From Cypionkella sp. (GTDB taxonomy: Bacteria > Pseudomonadota > Alphaproteobacteria > Rhodobacterales > Rhodobacteraceae), in the NCBI RefSeq assembly GCF_030652235.1, contig NZ_JAUSBA010000042.1:1205-65204 (forward strand): 64,000 nt of DNA. Direction: 5' to 3'. A program made the translations under genes and the position numbers. The notes beneath the pieces are model-generated. The model worked only from the letters and a program-made list of their open reading frames with translations, had not been told where the DNA came from and did not search any database. Below are positions 49,524-59,472 of this stretch, one piece after another (positions within the stretch are counted from its first letter, which is position 1; each line of letters starts with the position of its first letter).

Positions 49524-51488
49524 GTGATGGAAAGTTTTCTGCTGCAAGCCTCAATCTATCTAGGTGCCGCTGTTTGCGTAGTGCCTTTGGCGGTGCGTTT
49601 GGGTTTGGGATCGGTGCTGGGCTATCTGGCCGCCGGAATTCTGATGGGCCCAATTTTGGGCGTTGCAGGTGCGGAAACCGCCGATCTGCAGCACTTCGCC
49701 GAGTTCGGCGTGGTGCTGATGCTGTTCCTGATTGGGCTAGAGCTAGAGCCAAAATCTTTGTGGGAAATGCGGCATAAACTGCTCGGGATGGGCGGCGCAC
49801 AGGTGGTTCTGACCACGGCAAGCGTGGCTATGGGTTTGATTTGGTTCGGTGTTACGCCTGCGGTGGCTCTGGTTCTGGGTATGATGGCTTCACTGTCATC
49901 CACCGCCATCGTGCTGCAAACCCTGTCTGAAAAGAACCTGATGCGCACGCAAGGTGGGCGCTCGGCGTTCTCGGTGCTGCTGACGCAGGATATGGCGGTG
50001 ATCCCGATGCTGGCGATCATTCCGCTGCTGGCACTGCCAGAAATGGTTAGCACGACGTCCGAGGTTTACGGTGTCAGCAATCCACAGGAATTGGTCGAAC
50101 AGGCCGCGACCTCAGAACTGATCACCACGGTGCAATCGCTGCCGGGTTGGGGCGCGGGGCTGCTGACGCTGGCGATTGTCGCGGGGATCGTGCTGGCGGG
50201 CCACTACTTAAGTCGGCCGATTTTCCGCTTTGTCCATGCCGCGAAACTGCCCGAGATGAGCACGTTTATCAGCCTGCTGATGGTGCTGGGCATCGCGTTT
50301 CTGATGATGCTGGTCGGGCTGTCCCCGGCTTTGGGCACCTTTGTGGCCGGCGTGGTGCTGGCGAACTCGGAGTTCCGCCATCAGTTGGAGGCCGATTTGA
50401 AACCATTCAAGGGCCTGCTGCTGGGGTTGTTCTTTATGACCGTTGGCGTTGGGATCAACTTTAAGATGCTGGCGCGAGAGCCGATGACCGTGCTGGGGCT
50501 GACCCTTGGATTAATGCTGCTGAAGGCGCTGATTCTGGTGGCGATTTCGCTGGTGTTCAAATTGAAGCGGCAAGACCGTTGGTTGTTTTCGCTGAGTTTG
50601 GCGCAGGGTGGCGAGTTTGGGTTTCTGATCGTCAGCTTTGCCCGCTCAGAAAGCGCGCTACCGTTGGCGGCAGGCCAAATGGGGCTGTTGGTGATCAGCC
50701 TGTCGATGCTGCTGACGCCATTGCTGTTCATCGGCTATGATTGGCTTAGCGCCCGCTTTGCCCACCGCACGCCCGATCAAGCCCCCGATGAGATCGACGA
50801 AAAAGGCCAGGTGATCATCGCGGGAATCGGGCGGTTTGGCCAAGTGGTCAATCGCCTGATCCGCACCTCGGGCATCCCGACGGTGGTGCTCGATAACGAC
50901 ATGACCACGATTGAAACGATGCGCAAATTTGGCGTGAAAGGGTTTTTCGGCGATCCTGCACGGCCCGAATTGCTGGAGGCGGCAGGTCTGGCCGAGGCAC
51001 AGGTGATCGTGATTGCCGTTGATGACAGCGACACTGCAATCCGGATCGTGCGCTATGCCAGATCACGTCGCCCTGACATCCATATCGTCGCGCGCGCGCG
51101 GGATCGGGTGCATGTCTATGAGTTGTATCAGGCGGGTGCCAATGACATCGTGCGCGAAACCTTTGACAGCTCGATACGGGCGGGGCGTTATGTACTGGAA
51201 AATATGGGGTTTTCTGAGTACGAGGCCGCGAAAGTGTCGCAGGCCTATTACCGGGTGGATCGCGGCGCGATGCGCGATCTGGCCGAAGTGTGGGTGCCAG
51301 GACAGCCCACCCATCTGAATGACGCCTACATTGCGCGCGCCAAGCAGTTGGACCGCGATCTGGAAATTGCGCTGATGGAAGAGTTGCACGATGTTAAACC
51401 AATGGCGGCAGACGAACCCGCCGAGGTGATTGAAGCCATGCTGTTCCCCGATATGGACGAGCCACGCGACAGACAGGCCGAGCAATAA
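49524..51488 (+). CDS. CPA2 K+/H+ antiporter, KefB/KefC-like with a TrkA-N (KTN) domain
   Basis: AEFGVVLMLFLIGLE, SSTAIVLQ, AQGGEFGF, IAGIGRFG, FGD. Confidence 0.9.
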   Translation: MMESFLLQASIYLGAAVCVVPLAVRLGLGSVLGYLAAGILMGPILGVAGAETADLQHFAEFGVVLMLFLIGLELEPKSLWEMRHKLLGMGGAQVVLTTASVAMGLIWFGVTPAVALVLGMMASLSSTAIVLQTLSEKNLMRTQGGRSAFSVLLTQDMAVIPMLAIIPLLALPEMVSTTSEVYGVSNPQELVEQAATSELITTVQSLPGWGAGLLTLAIVAGIVLAGHYLSRPIFRFVHAAKLPEMSTFISLLMVLGIAFLMMLVGLSPALGTFVAGVVLANSEFRHQLEADLKPFKGLLLGLFFMTVGVGINFKMLAREPMTVLGLTLGLMLLKALILVAISLVFKLKRQDRWLFSLSLAQGGEFGFLIVSFARSESALPLAAGQMGLLVISLSMLLTPLLFIGYDWLSARFAHRTPDQAPDEIDEKGQVIIAGIGRFGQVVNRLIRTSGIPTVVLDNDMTTIETMRKFGVKGFFGDPARPELLEAAGLAEAQVIVIAVDDSDTAIRIVRYARSRRPDIHIVARARDRVHVYELYQAGANDIVRETFDSSIRAGRYVLENMGFSEYEAAKVSQAYYRVDRGAMRDLAEVWVPGQPTHLNDAYIARAKQLDRDLEIALMEELHDVKPMAADEPAEVIEAMLFPDMDEPRDRQAEQ

Positions 51489-51514
51489 AAAAGGCGGCCC
51501 GAAGACCACCTTTT
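51487..51514 (-). terminator. Intrinsic terminator for carD (C-UUCG-G tetraloop)
   Basis: Minus strand AGGTGGTC-TTCG-GGCCGCCT-TTTTT with G-U pairs. Confidence 0.75.
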
Positions 51515-51532
51515 CCGAAATTTCAAACCAGA

Positions 51533-52042
51533 TCAGGCAGCGCGGCTGATCAGCACATCGCCGACTTTCTTCTGCGCACCCGCCTCATCAACGCCAGAAA
51601 CGGCGGCAACTTCACGGGTCAGACGCTCCAACGCTGCTTCGTAAAGCTGACGCTCAGAATATGACTGCTCACGCTGATCATCGCAGCGGTGCAGGTCACG
51701 CACGACTTCTGCAATCGCCATCAGATCGCCCGAGTTGATCTTTTGTTCGTATTCCTGCGCCCGACGCGACCACATCGCACGTTTGACGCGCGCCTTACCC
51801 TTCAGGGTATCCAGCGCTTTGGTGACGAGATCCGGCGAAGACAGCGAGCGCATGCCCACATCGGTGGCCTTATGGGTCGGAACCCGCAATGTCATCTTGT
51901 CTTTTTCGAAGGAAATCACGAACAGTTCCAAAACGAACCCGGCAATTTCTTGTTCTTCGATCGAGATGATGCGGCCAACGCCATGGGCAGGATACACAAC
52001 GAACTCATTCGGACGAAAATCAGGCTTCTTCGATTTGGTCAT
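51533..52042 (-). CDS. carD: CarD family RNA polymerase-binding regulator
   Basis: VVYPAHGVG, WSRRAQEY, EVVRDL, SERQLY. Confidence 0.92.
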   Translation of the reverse strand: MTKSKKPDFRPNEFVVYPAHGVGRIISIEEQEIAGFVLELFVISFEKDKMTLRVPTHKATDVGMRSLSSPDLVTKALDTLKGKARVKRAMWSRRAQEYEQKINSGDLMAIAEVVRDLHRCDDQREQSYSERQLYEAALERLTREVAAVSGVDEAGAQKKVGDVLISRAA

Positions 52043-52331
52043 TCAGTCGCTTCCTCGGCAGGAGCCTGTTCCGCAAAAAACATCACCGTCCCGGGGAATC
52101 ACCCCGATCGAACGGCTTAAGTTTTCAGCTAGATTTTCACCCCAAGCGGGCAGCTTTGAGGTTTTTCAGGCGTCCGTGTTTATTTGTAACTTCTGTATAA
52201 CACAAAAATGCACTGATTCCAACCACTGCAACAGATAAGCGCCAGCGCTTTACCCGTTGGAATCACGGTATTTTCCGGGTTGTGCCTGATTCGTTACGAC
52301 TGCTATGCCGAATCAGCAATGCATCATTGGC

Positions 52332-52670
52332 TCAGTTGCCCTGCCCCGGCGCCTCCGAGAAGTACTTCTCACGCTTGCCGGTTTCGCCATCGCGGTCTTC
52401 GTATCCCGGCATCGGGTCTTTTTTGGTGACGATCACCGGCCACATTTCGGAATATTTGCGATTGAAGGTGACCCAAGCGTCCATATCCGGCTCGGTATCC
52501 GGGCGTATTGCGTCTGCGGGGCATTCCGGCTCGCACACGCCGCAGTCGATGCATTCATCCGGGTGGATGACCAGCATGTTCTCGCCCTCATAGAAGCAAT
52601 CTACCGGGCACACTTCGACGCAATCGGTGTATTTGCACGCAATGCAGTTGTCGATCACAACGTAGGTCAT
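52332..52670 (-). CDS. fdxA: 7Fe ferredoxin
   Basis: [30 protein letters not shown]. Confidence 0.92.
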   Translation of the reverse strand: MTYVVIDNCIACKYTDCVEVCPVDCFYEGENMLVIHPDECIDCGVCEPECPADAIRPDTEPDMDAWVTFNRKYSEMWPVIVTKKDPMPGYEDRDGETGKREKYFSEAPGQGN

Positions 52671-52718
52671 GGGGCAGGCTCCTCTTTCCGCGCTGTCTGA
52701 CTACTAAAGCTGAAGCGA

Positions 52719-53040
52719 TCATTCAAGCGGTGCATCGGCGGATGGTGCAAGATCGTGATAAAGCGCTCGAGCTTCTTGGGCTGGCCCCCGGCGTTCGTTC
52801 CGACAGCACCAGCACGCGGACCACGCGCAAACCGCGGCCCTGCGAAAAGGTCAGCGTATCGACTTCCATCACGCTATGCCCCGGCTTGCGGCAACGCTAG
52901 CCGTTCAGCCGCAGATGGCCGCTTTCTATCATTTCGGAGGCGAGGTCCCTTGTCTTAAAGAACCGTGCCGCGAAAAGCCATTTGTCCAGCCGAAGTTTCG
53001 GCTGAACGTCTTTTTGTGGCTTTGCCCCCTGCCCGGCCAA
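52719..53040 (-). pseudogene. hslR: Hsp15/S4 RNA-binding protein gene with an in-frame amber and a 4-bp duplication (not in the ORF track)
   Basis: LRLDKWLFAARFFKTRDLA...GHLRLNG*RCRKPG (TAG at 52899-52897); removing one AACG from GAACGAACGC restores ERRGPAQEARALY and a 106-codon frame. Confidence 0.8.
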
Positions 53041-53054
53041 TCAGATTCCGAAAA

Positions 53055-55970
53055 TCAGAGTTTGGCCTTCAACGCCATCAAAGCGGCGAAGGGGTTGTCG
53101 GGATCGATCGGCTTTTCAGCGCGCGGTGAGCGCTGTTCGTAGGTTTTCGGCTTGGTATCGCGGTCATTTGGCTTGCCGCCATGCGGTTTGTTGCCCTTAT
53201 AACCTTCGCGCTTTTCACCATCGCGACGCGGGCCACGATCTGCTTGTGCAGGCTTGTCACCTTCAACACGCGGCGCGCGGTCGGGACGCGGGCCACGGTC
53301 GCCGCTGGGCGTATCGCCCTCCTTCTTCGGGCCGCGATCTGGCCTAGGCCCACGATCCGGGCGCGGACCACGCTCGGCAGCAGGCGCGTCGGCACGGGGC
53401 GCACGCTCAGGACGCGCGGGGCGTTCCGGGCGCGGGCGCGGTTTTGGCGCCCAAGTGAAGGTGTAGAACGACTCCATCTCTGGCGCCGCTTCTGGGTCGG
53501 GCAGAACGAACGCCGATTCGCCTTCCGGGATCGGTTGCACAGGGGCAGCAGGATCAACCGCCACCGGGATCGGAACCGCCTTAACCTTGGCACGCTCGGC
53601 CTTTTCGCCCTTATAGCCCAAACCACCCATCAGGTCGTTGAACTGCTCCAGCGTCATGCCTGTGATCGACAGCATATCCGGCGTCGCTTCAAATCCTGCA
53701 CGGCTATCTTTGGTGCGCAGGATGTCGGCCAGACGTTCCAGCATATCAATGCGGATCGCGCGTGCGCCTGAAGGGTGATAGCCCGCCAGTGTGTAGTGCA
53801 TTTTCGGCACGGCGGGGATGTTCGGGATGGTCACAAGGCCCGGAGGCGGGCTTTCGGGAAATTCATCCAAGCCATTCCACAGCGACCACAACACCAACCG
53901 CAACCGTGTCGGCGCGGGTTTCAGCAACGCGGGCAGGAACACGGTGAACTGACCAAACCGCACGCCATGCTTGCGCAACGCGCCACGGGCTTCTTGGTCC
54001 AGTTCTTTAACTTCATTGGCGATATTCTCGCGGGGGATCACACCCAGACCTTCGGCCAGACGGAAGGCAAAGCCGCGGGCAAGCCCGGTCAGGGTTTCAT
54101 CGCGGCCCATCGCCAGCAAGGGTTCAAAGTTTGCGGCCACCTTGCGGTCGATGAAGTGCTGCAAACGCCGACGCACTTTATCGGCGACATCCGGGCCAGC
54201 TTCTTCATCCACAAACGCTTCGACGCCGGGACGCGCAGGTTCAGCGCCCTTGATCAGCTTGCCCATCGCTTGGGTGCCCCACATCAGGCCCCCCTGCTCG
54301 GTGAAATCCAGCTCGGTATCGGGTGCGTTATAAAAACGATCCGCCCGCAGATGGAATTCCGGCTTTAGCGCCGCGAAGGCCGCTTGCCGCAGCGTTGCCG
54401 CCTCTTCATTGGAAGTGGTCGCATCCTGACGGAAACGGAACCCCTCAAGACGGCCGACGAACTCGCCTGCAACCGTCACTTCGCCCTTGTCATTCACCTC
54501 GGCCACGAGGGTCTCCTTCTGCTTCAACCGCCGCAACAGCACGGACGTGCGCCGGTCAACAAATCGTTGCGTCAAAGCGCCATGCAGCGCATCCGACAAT
54601 CGGTCTTCTACAGCGCGCGTCTCGGCGCGCCAATGGCTTTCGTTATCAGTCCAGCCCTTGCGCTGCGCAACATAGGTCCAGGTGCGGATATAGGCCAGCC
54701 GTTTCGAGATGGTATCAATGTCGCCGCCCGCTTTATCTATCCGCGCGAGGGCCTTTTCCAGCCAATCCGACGGGATTCGGGTTTGCGCAAGGCCGCGCCC
54801 GGTCAGGAAATCGAAAATTCGCGCGAGCAAAGTGAAATGCTCATTCCCCGCTGCGTTGCGGAAATCGGGGATGCGGCAAACCTCCCACAACAGTTTTATC
54901 CGCTGCGGCGTGTTCAGCTTTTCTTTCACCTCGGGCAGTTCCGACAGGTATTTCAGCGCCAGCATGTCATCGGCATCGCGGGCGCGGGCCAGCCATTTGT
55001 TTTGCGTCGGGGCCTCAAGGCTGCGAATCAGCCGCTCAACGCTGCCAAACTCTAGATCGTGGTTGCGCCATTCGAGTTTACGCACCGGATCAAAGCGATG
55101 CTCTTGGATCGCCTCGACAGTCTCATCTTCCATCGGGCGCACCTCGCCCGTCACCCCGAAGGTGCCGTTTTCCTGATAGCGCCCTGCCCGTCCGGCAATC
55201 TGCGCGAGTTCCTGCGGATAAAGCGCGCGCATCCGCCGGCCGTCAAACTTCGACGTGGCAGCAAAGGCGATGTGCTTGATATCGAGATTCAGCCCCATGC
55301 CAATCGCATCGGTCGCCACCAGATAATCGACATCGCCGTTCTGATACAAGGCCACCTGCGCGTTGCGGGTGCGCGGGCTCAGCGCGCCCATCACCACCGC
55401 GCAACCGCCCTTGGTGCGGCGGATCAGCTCGGCAATCGCATAGACGTTTTCCACCGAAAACCCAACGATGGCAGAGCGTTCTGGCATCCGGCTGATTTTT
55501 TTCGAGCCGGTATAGGTCAGCTCGGAAAACCGTTCGCGCTTGATGAATTGCACATTCTTGATCAACCCAGCGATGGCCGGACGCATGGTTTCCGCCCCCA
55601 GAAACAGCGTCTCATGCAGGCCCCGCGCCCGCAGCAAACGGTCGGTGAACACATGACCCCGCTCTGGATCGGCACAAAGTTGAATCTCATCCACCGCGAC
55701 AAAATCGGCACCCAGGTCCAGCGGCATTGCCTCAACGGTGCAGACCCAATACTGCGCGCGGTCGGGCACTATGCGTTCTTCGCCCGTGACCAGTGCCACC
55801 ACTGAAGGGCCGCGCGAGGCGACAATCCTGTCGTAAACTTCGCGGGCCAACAGCCGCAGCGGCAGGCCAATAACCCCAGTGCGATGTCCCAACATCCGCT
55901 CGATCGCGTAATGAGTTTTTCCGGTGTTGGTCGGCCCAAGCACCGCCGTCACCTGGCCGGCAGCCATCAT
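53055..55970 (-). CDS. Suv3/MgpS-like SF2 helicase with a low-complexity RGPR-repeat tail
   Basis: GPTNTGKT, VDEIQ, ATDAIGMG, QIAGRAGR. Confidence 0.88.
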   Translation of the reverse strand: MMAAGQVTAVLGPTNTGKTHYAIERMLGHRTGVIGLPLRLLAREVYDRIVASRGPSVVALVTGEERIVPDRAQYWVCTVEAMPLDLGADFVAVDEIQLCADPERGHVFTDRLLRARGLHETLFLGAETMRPAIAGLIKNVQFIKRERFSELTYTGSKKISRMPERSAIVGFSVENVYAIAELIRRTKGGCAVVMGALSPRTRNAQVALYQNGDVDYLVATDAIGMGLNLDIKHIAFAATSKFDGRRMRALYPQELAQIAGRAGRYQENGTFGVTGEVRPMEDETVEAIQEHRFDPVRKLEWRNHDLEFGSVERLIRSLEAPTQNKWLARARDADDMLALKYLSELPEVKEKLNTPQRIKLLWEVCRIPDFRNAAGNEHFTLLARIFDFLTGRGLAQTRIPSDWLEKALARIDKAGGDIDTISKRLAYIRTWTYVAQRKGWTDNESHWRAETRAVEDRLSDALHGALTQRFVDRRTSVLLRRLKQKETLVAEVNDKGEVTVAGEFVGRLEGFRFRQDATTSNEEAATLRQAAFAALKPEFHLRADRFYNAPDTELDFTEQGGLMWGTQAMGKLIKGAEPARPGVEAFVDEEAGPDVADKVRRRLQHFIDRKVAANFEPLLAMGRDETLTGLARGFAFRLAEGLGVIPRENIANEVKELDQEARGALRKHGVRFGQFTVFLPALLKPAPTRLRLVLWSLWNGLDEFPESPPPGLVTIPNIPAVPKMHYTLAGYHPSGARAIRIDMLERLADILRTKDSRAGFEATPDMLSITGMTLEQFNDLMGGLGYKGEKAERAKVKAVPIPVAVDPAAPVQPIPEGESAFVLPDPEAAPEMESFYTFTWAPKPRPRPERPARPERAPRADAPAAERGPRPDRGPRPDRGPKKEGDTPSGDRGPRPDRAPRVEGDKPAQADRGPRRDGEKREGYKGNKPHGGKPNDRDTKPKTYEQRSPRAEKPIDPDNPFAALMALKAKL

Positions 55971-55985
55971 ATCTGTGGTCCTGCC

Positions 55986-56546
55986 CTATAGGTCTTTGCC
56001 CTGAAGCTCGGTTTCAATGCGTGAAACAGTCTCAACCACCCCCGGCGCGTGCGGATCAATCACCAGCACCGCGTTATAGACCTCCAGCGCCTGCGACGGC
56101 TTGCCGAGTTCTTCAAAGATTGAACCCAAGCCCGACAACGCCCCGAAGTGTTTCGGGTTCAGCGTGAGCACATGGCCAATATCCGCAATCGCCGGGCCAA
56201 ACTGCCCAAGCTGATAATAGGCGGTTGCCCGCGCATTCCAACCTTCAGCGAAATCCGGCGCGTGATCGACCAACGCCGTCAAATGCTGCACCGCGACATC
56301 GGGCTGACCATTCGCCATCGCATCCTTGCCGCGCTGCAACAACAAATCCATCGCGGGCGAGCCGGATTGCGACCACTCCATCCAGATATCAGATTCGATT
56401 TGGCTCGCTTCGGCCGCATCTGCCTTTTGCAAACGCTTAAAAAGATCGTCCAGCTTGTCGGTTTGGGCGGACACAGGCAGGCATGACAGAAAAACCAGCA
56501 TAAATGCCGTTACGATACGATTGTGTAACGAATAATGCGCTTTCAT
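55986..56546 (-). CDS. TPR-repeat protein, probably exported
   Basis: Hydrophobic N-terminus; AEGWNARATAYY and P.HFGALSGLG TPR motifs; start uncertain (56546 or 56594). Confidence 0.8.
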   Translation of the reverse strand: MKAHYSLHNRIVTAFMLVFLSCLPVSAQTDKLDDLFKRLQKADAAEASQIESDIWMEWSQSGSPAMDLLLQRGKDAMANGQPDVAVQHLTALVDHAPDFAEGWNARATAYYQLGQFGPAIADIGHVLTLNPKHFGALSGLGSIFEELGKPSQALEVYNAVLVIDPHAPGVVETVSRIETELQGKDL

Positions 56547-56609
56547 AAAGGTATAAGTAACGCAACGGGCAGGGAATTCCAGCCCCGCCTGCACAGATCG
56601 GAGAATGTG

Positions 56610-56897
56610 ATGAGCGATGTGATCTCGACCGCCGTGGAAGCTTTAGCGAAAAAGCTGCCAAATGGCTTTGATGGCGTGGCGAAGTTTGTGCTGGTGGGCG
56701 AAGGCTCGATCATGGTCGATCCTTCGGGCGCAAGGGCGGGGGATGAGCCTTCGGATGTGACGCTGACCGCTGAGCCCGAGGTTTTTCAGGCCATGCTGGC
56801 GGGTGAGATGAACCCGACCACGGCTTTTATGACGGGAAAACTGAGCGTTGAGGGCAGCATGGGCCTTGCAATGCAACTCGGCGCGGCGATGTCGTGA
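56610..56897 (+). CDS. SCP2 sterol-binding domain protein
   Basis: MNPTTAFMTGKLSVEGSMGLAM motif; GGAGA RBS. Confidence 0.85.
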   Translation: MSDVISTAVEALAKKLPNGFDGVAKFVLVGEGSIMVDPSGARAGDEPSDVTLTAEPEVFQAMLAGEMNPTTAFMTGKLSVEGSMGLAMQLGAAMS

Positions 56898-57826
56898 GCG
56901 AGGCTCCCCTTTACGACGTTGCCGAAGGTCCTGCGGGCGGGCGGGCTTTCTGGCTGACCACCGCCGATGGCGTGCGGCTGCGCGTGGGTCTGTGGACGCA
57001 TGTGGGCGCACATGGAACAGTGCTGCTGCTGCCTGGGCGGACGGAATATGTCGAGAAGTACGGCCGTGCGGCGGGCGATCTGCGCGCACGCGGTTTTACG
57101 ACTTTGGTGATCGACTGGCGTGGTCAGGGTCTGGCTGACCGTGCTTTGGATGACCCAATGGGCGGCCATGTCGGTGATTTTGCCGAATATCAGCTGGATT
57201 TTGATGAAATGCTGGGTTTTGCCCGCGCGCAAGGTCTGCCGGAACCCTATTACCTGATGGCGCATTCGATGGGTGGTTGCATCGGATTGCGGGCACTGAT
57301 GCGCGGGGCTCCGGTGAAAGCCGCTGCGTTCTCGGCCCCAATGTGGGGGATTCTGATCGCCGCTTGGATGCGCCCAATGGCACTGGCGCTGACCACCGCG
57401 TCACGTTGGTTCAAGTTTGACGACCGCTATGCGCCGGGAACCGGGGCAAAATCCTATGTGCTGACCGCCGATTTCACGGGCAATTCGCTAACCACAGATG
57501 CCGAAATGTGGGATTATATGCGCAAGCAGGCGCTCGCGCATCCCGAACTGGGCCTTGGCGGCCCCAGCCTTGGCTGGCTGAAAGCTGCATTGACAGAATG
57601 CCACGCGCTGAGCCTGCTGCCTTCGCCGACAGTGCCGACCGTCACCGCCCTCGGCGCGCAAGAAAAGATTGTAGACACCGCCCCGATCCATGCCCGCATG
57701 GCGATCTGGCCGGAGGGGAGGTTGGATCTTTACCCCGGCAGCGAGCATGAAATTCTGATGGAACGCGCCGCATCTCGAAGCCGATTTTTTGACACATCAA
57801 CGGAGTTGTATCTGAAACATCGCTGA
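56894..57826 (+). CDS. Alpha/beta hydrolase, lysophospholipase L2 (PldB)-like
   Basis: PGRTEYVEKY, DWRGQG, AHSMGG, HEILME. Confidence 0.85.
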   Translation: MSEAPLYDVAEGPAGGRAFWLTTADGVRLRVGLWTHVGAHGTVLLLPGRTEYVEKYGRAAGDLRARGFTTLVIDWRGQGLADRALDDPMGGHVGDFAEYQLDFDEMLGFARAQGLPEPYYLMAHSMGGCIGLRALMRGAPVKAAAFSAPMWGILIAAWMRPMALALTTASRWFKFDDRYAPGTGAKSYVLTADFTGNSLTTDAEMWDYMRKQALAHPELGLGGPSLGWLKAALTECHALSLLPSPTVPTVTALGAQEKIVDTAPIHARMAIWPEGRLDLYPGSEHEILMERAASRSRFFDTSTELYLKHR

Positions 57827-57907
57827 CCCTGCGCGCAGATGTTCTCAAAATCCGCCGGTTGCGTCCCCGCGGAATCCGATTTCTTCGCAGAAATCGGGAC
57901 CGTCGCC

Positions 57908-58633
57908 TTACAAGGTGATCTGTGTGAACCCATCGCGCAAAGCCTTGGACCAAGCTTCGGACATCGCCCGAAAACTCTCATCCCCCGCCTCAATCCGCCG
58001 CTTGCGGCTGACACGGCAGGCGTCTTTTTCGATCACGCAGAGATCGAGCGGCATCCCCACCGAAAGGTTGGAGCGCAACGTCGAATCCATCGACAGCAGC
58101 ACCGCTTTTTCGGCATCGGCCAAAGACGTGCCAGGGTTTACCACCCGGTCCAGAATCGGTTTGCCATACTTATGCTCACCAATCTGCAAGAACGGAGTGT
58201 CCTCGGTGGCCTCGATGAAATTGCCCTCAGGATAGATCAAAAACAACCGCATCGCTCCGCCGCGACGCTGCGCGGCGACGATCATGCTGGCCGAAGCGCC
58301 CTGATTCATCGTGGCCATTTTCTCATCAATCTCTTGCCGGACGCTCGACAGCGTATTTCCGATGATCAGCGCCACCTTTAGCATGGTCGGGGCTTTCATA
58401 ATTGAGCTCGTCTCGGTCGCGTCCGGATCGTCGATCGCTTCGCGCAGCCGCGCGATGGTGGTTTGCGTCACAGACAAAGACCCAGCGGTGACGATCGAGA
58501 TCACCCGTTCGCCCGGTTCTTCAAAATGGAACATTTTGCGATAGGTCGCGATGTTGTCCAAGCCCGCATTGGTACGGGTATCCGACAGCAACACCATGCC
58601 CGCATTCAACAAAAGTCCGACGCAATAGGTCAT
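57908..58633 (-). CDS. Anbu proteasome-type protease
   Basis: M-TYCVG (Thr-1), SDTRTNAG.D, QIGEHKYGKPILDR, SNLSVG.PLD. Confidence 0.9.
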   Translation of the reverse strand: MTYCVGLLLNAGMVLLSDTRTNAGLDNIATYRKMFHFEEPGERVISIVTAGSLSVTQTTIARLREAIDDPDATETSSIMKAPTMLKVALIIGNTLSSVRQEIDEKMATMNQGASASMIVAAQRRGGAMRLFLIYPEGNFIEATEDTPFLQIGEHKYGKPILDRVVNPGTSLADAEKAVLLSMDSTLRSNLSVGMPLDLCVIEKDACRVSRKRRIEAGDESFRAMSEAWSKALRDGFTQITL

Positions 58634-58662
58634 GGCACGCTCCGATTTTAGGTCGGGAGACC

Positions 58663-59472
58663 CTATTGCTCCTGCGTCTGGACCGCAACCGTCACCGACA
58701 AGATTTCCGATCCCGAACCGCGCGAAATCCCCCGAATGGGCGCTGCATCTTGTGCATCAAGTCCTGATCCGATCCGAATATAGCGATCGTCCGGGCAGCA
58801 ACGGTTCGCGGGATCAAATCCAATCCAGCCGATGCCGGCGATGTACAACTCGCCCCAAGCATGAGCGGCTTCGTGATCCATGCCGTCTTGGCCCGATTGC
58901 AGGTAGCCCGAGACATAGCGGGCGGGAATCCCACCCGAGCGTGCAGCCGAAATCAGCGCCTGCGCGTGATCCTGACACACGCCCTCGCCTTGCGCCAAAG
59001 CCTCTGCCGCGGTGGTGTGCGCACGGGTAGAGCCGGGCTTGTAGGCAATCGCATCGGAAATCGCGTCGGTCAGGTTGTGGCAACCCCCCAAGGGCGATTC
59101 GGCGGCGGCGATGATCTGACCCAGTTCTTGCAGCGCCGCGTCGGCAAAGGTGGCTTCGGTGTTGCGCAGATAGGCCTCTGGCGGCACCAGTTCTTTATGG
59201 CCGCGCAAAATCCCAGCTAGATCGGTGGTCAGCACCCGGCCTGACACCCGGACCTCAATTTCATCGACAGGGCCTGCGACTGTCCAGCCCTGCACCCAAT
59301 CGCCTGCGCCATCGCGAAACGCGCTACCCAACTCGCCGCCGGTCATTGTCACCGACCAATCCAGCACCTTTTGGCCGTCAAATTTTGACGGCATCAAGCG
59401 GTGGCTTTGCACCACGCCGCGTACCGGGCGGTCATAGCGATACACCGTGACATGTTCGACGCTGAGCAACAT
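58663..59472 (-). CDS. Transglutaminase-like protein
   Basis: GVCQDHAQ, ARYVSGYL, HAWGE, GFDPAN (Cys-His-Asp triad). Confidence 0.9.
   Translation of the reverse strand: MLLSVEHVTVYRYDRPVRGVVQSHRLMPSKFDGQKVLDWSVTMTGGELGSAFRDGAGDWVQGWTVAGPVDEIEVRVSGRVLTTDLAGILRGHKELVPPEAYLRNTEATFADAALQELGQIIAAAESPLGGCHNLTDAISDAIAYKPGSTRAHTTAAEALAQGEGVCQDHAQALISAARSGGIPARYVSGYLQSGQDGMDHEAAHAWGELYIAGIGWIGFDPANRCCPDDRYIRIGSGLDAQDAAPIRGISRGSGSEILSVTVAVQTQEQ

Noticed and set aside
52897-52899. Amber recoding (pyrrolysine or readthrough) in the S4 gene
   Set aside because: A second, frameshifting lesion lies downstream and no pyl genes are seen; a pseudogene is the simpler explanation
57839-58381. Plus-strand ORF overlapping Anbu
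   Set aside because: Antisense shadow of a highly conserved gene
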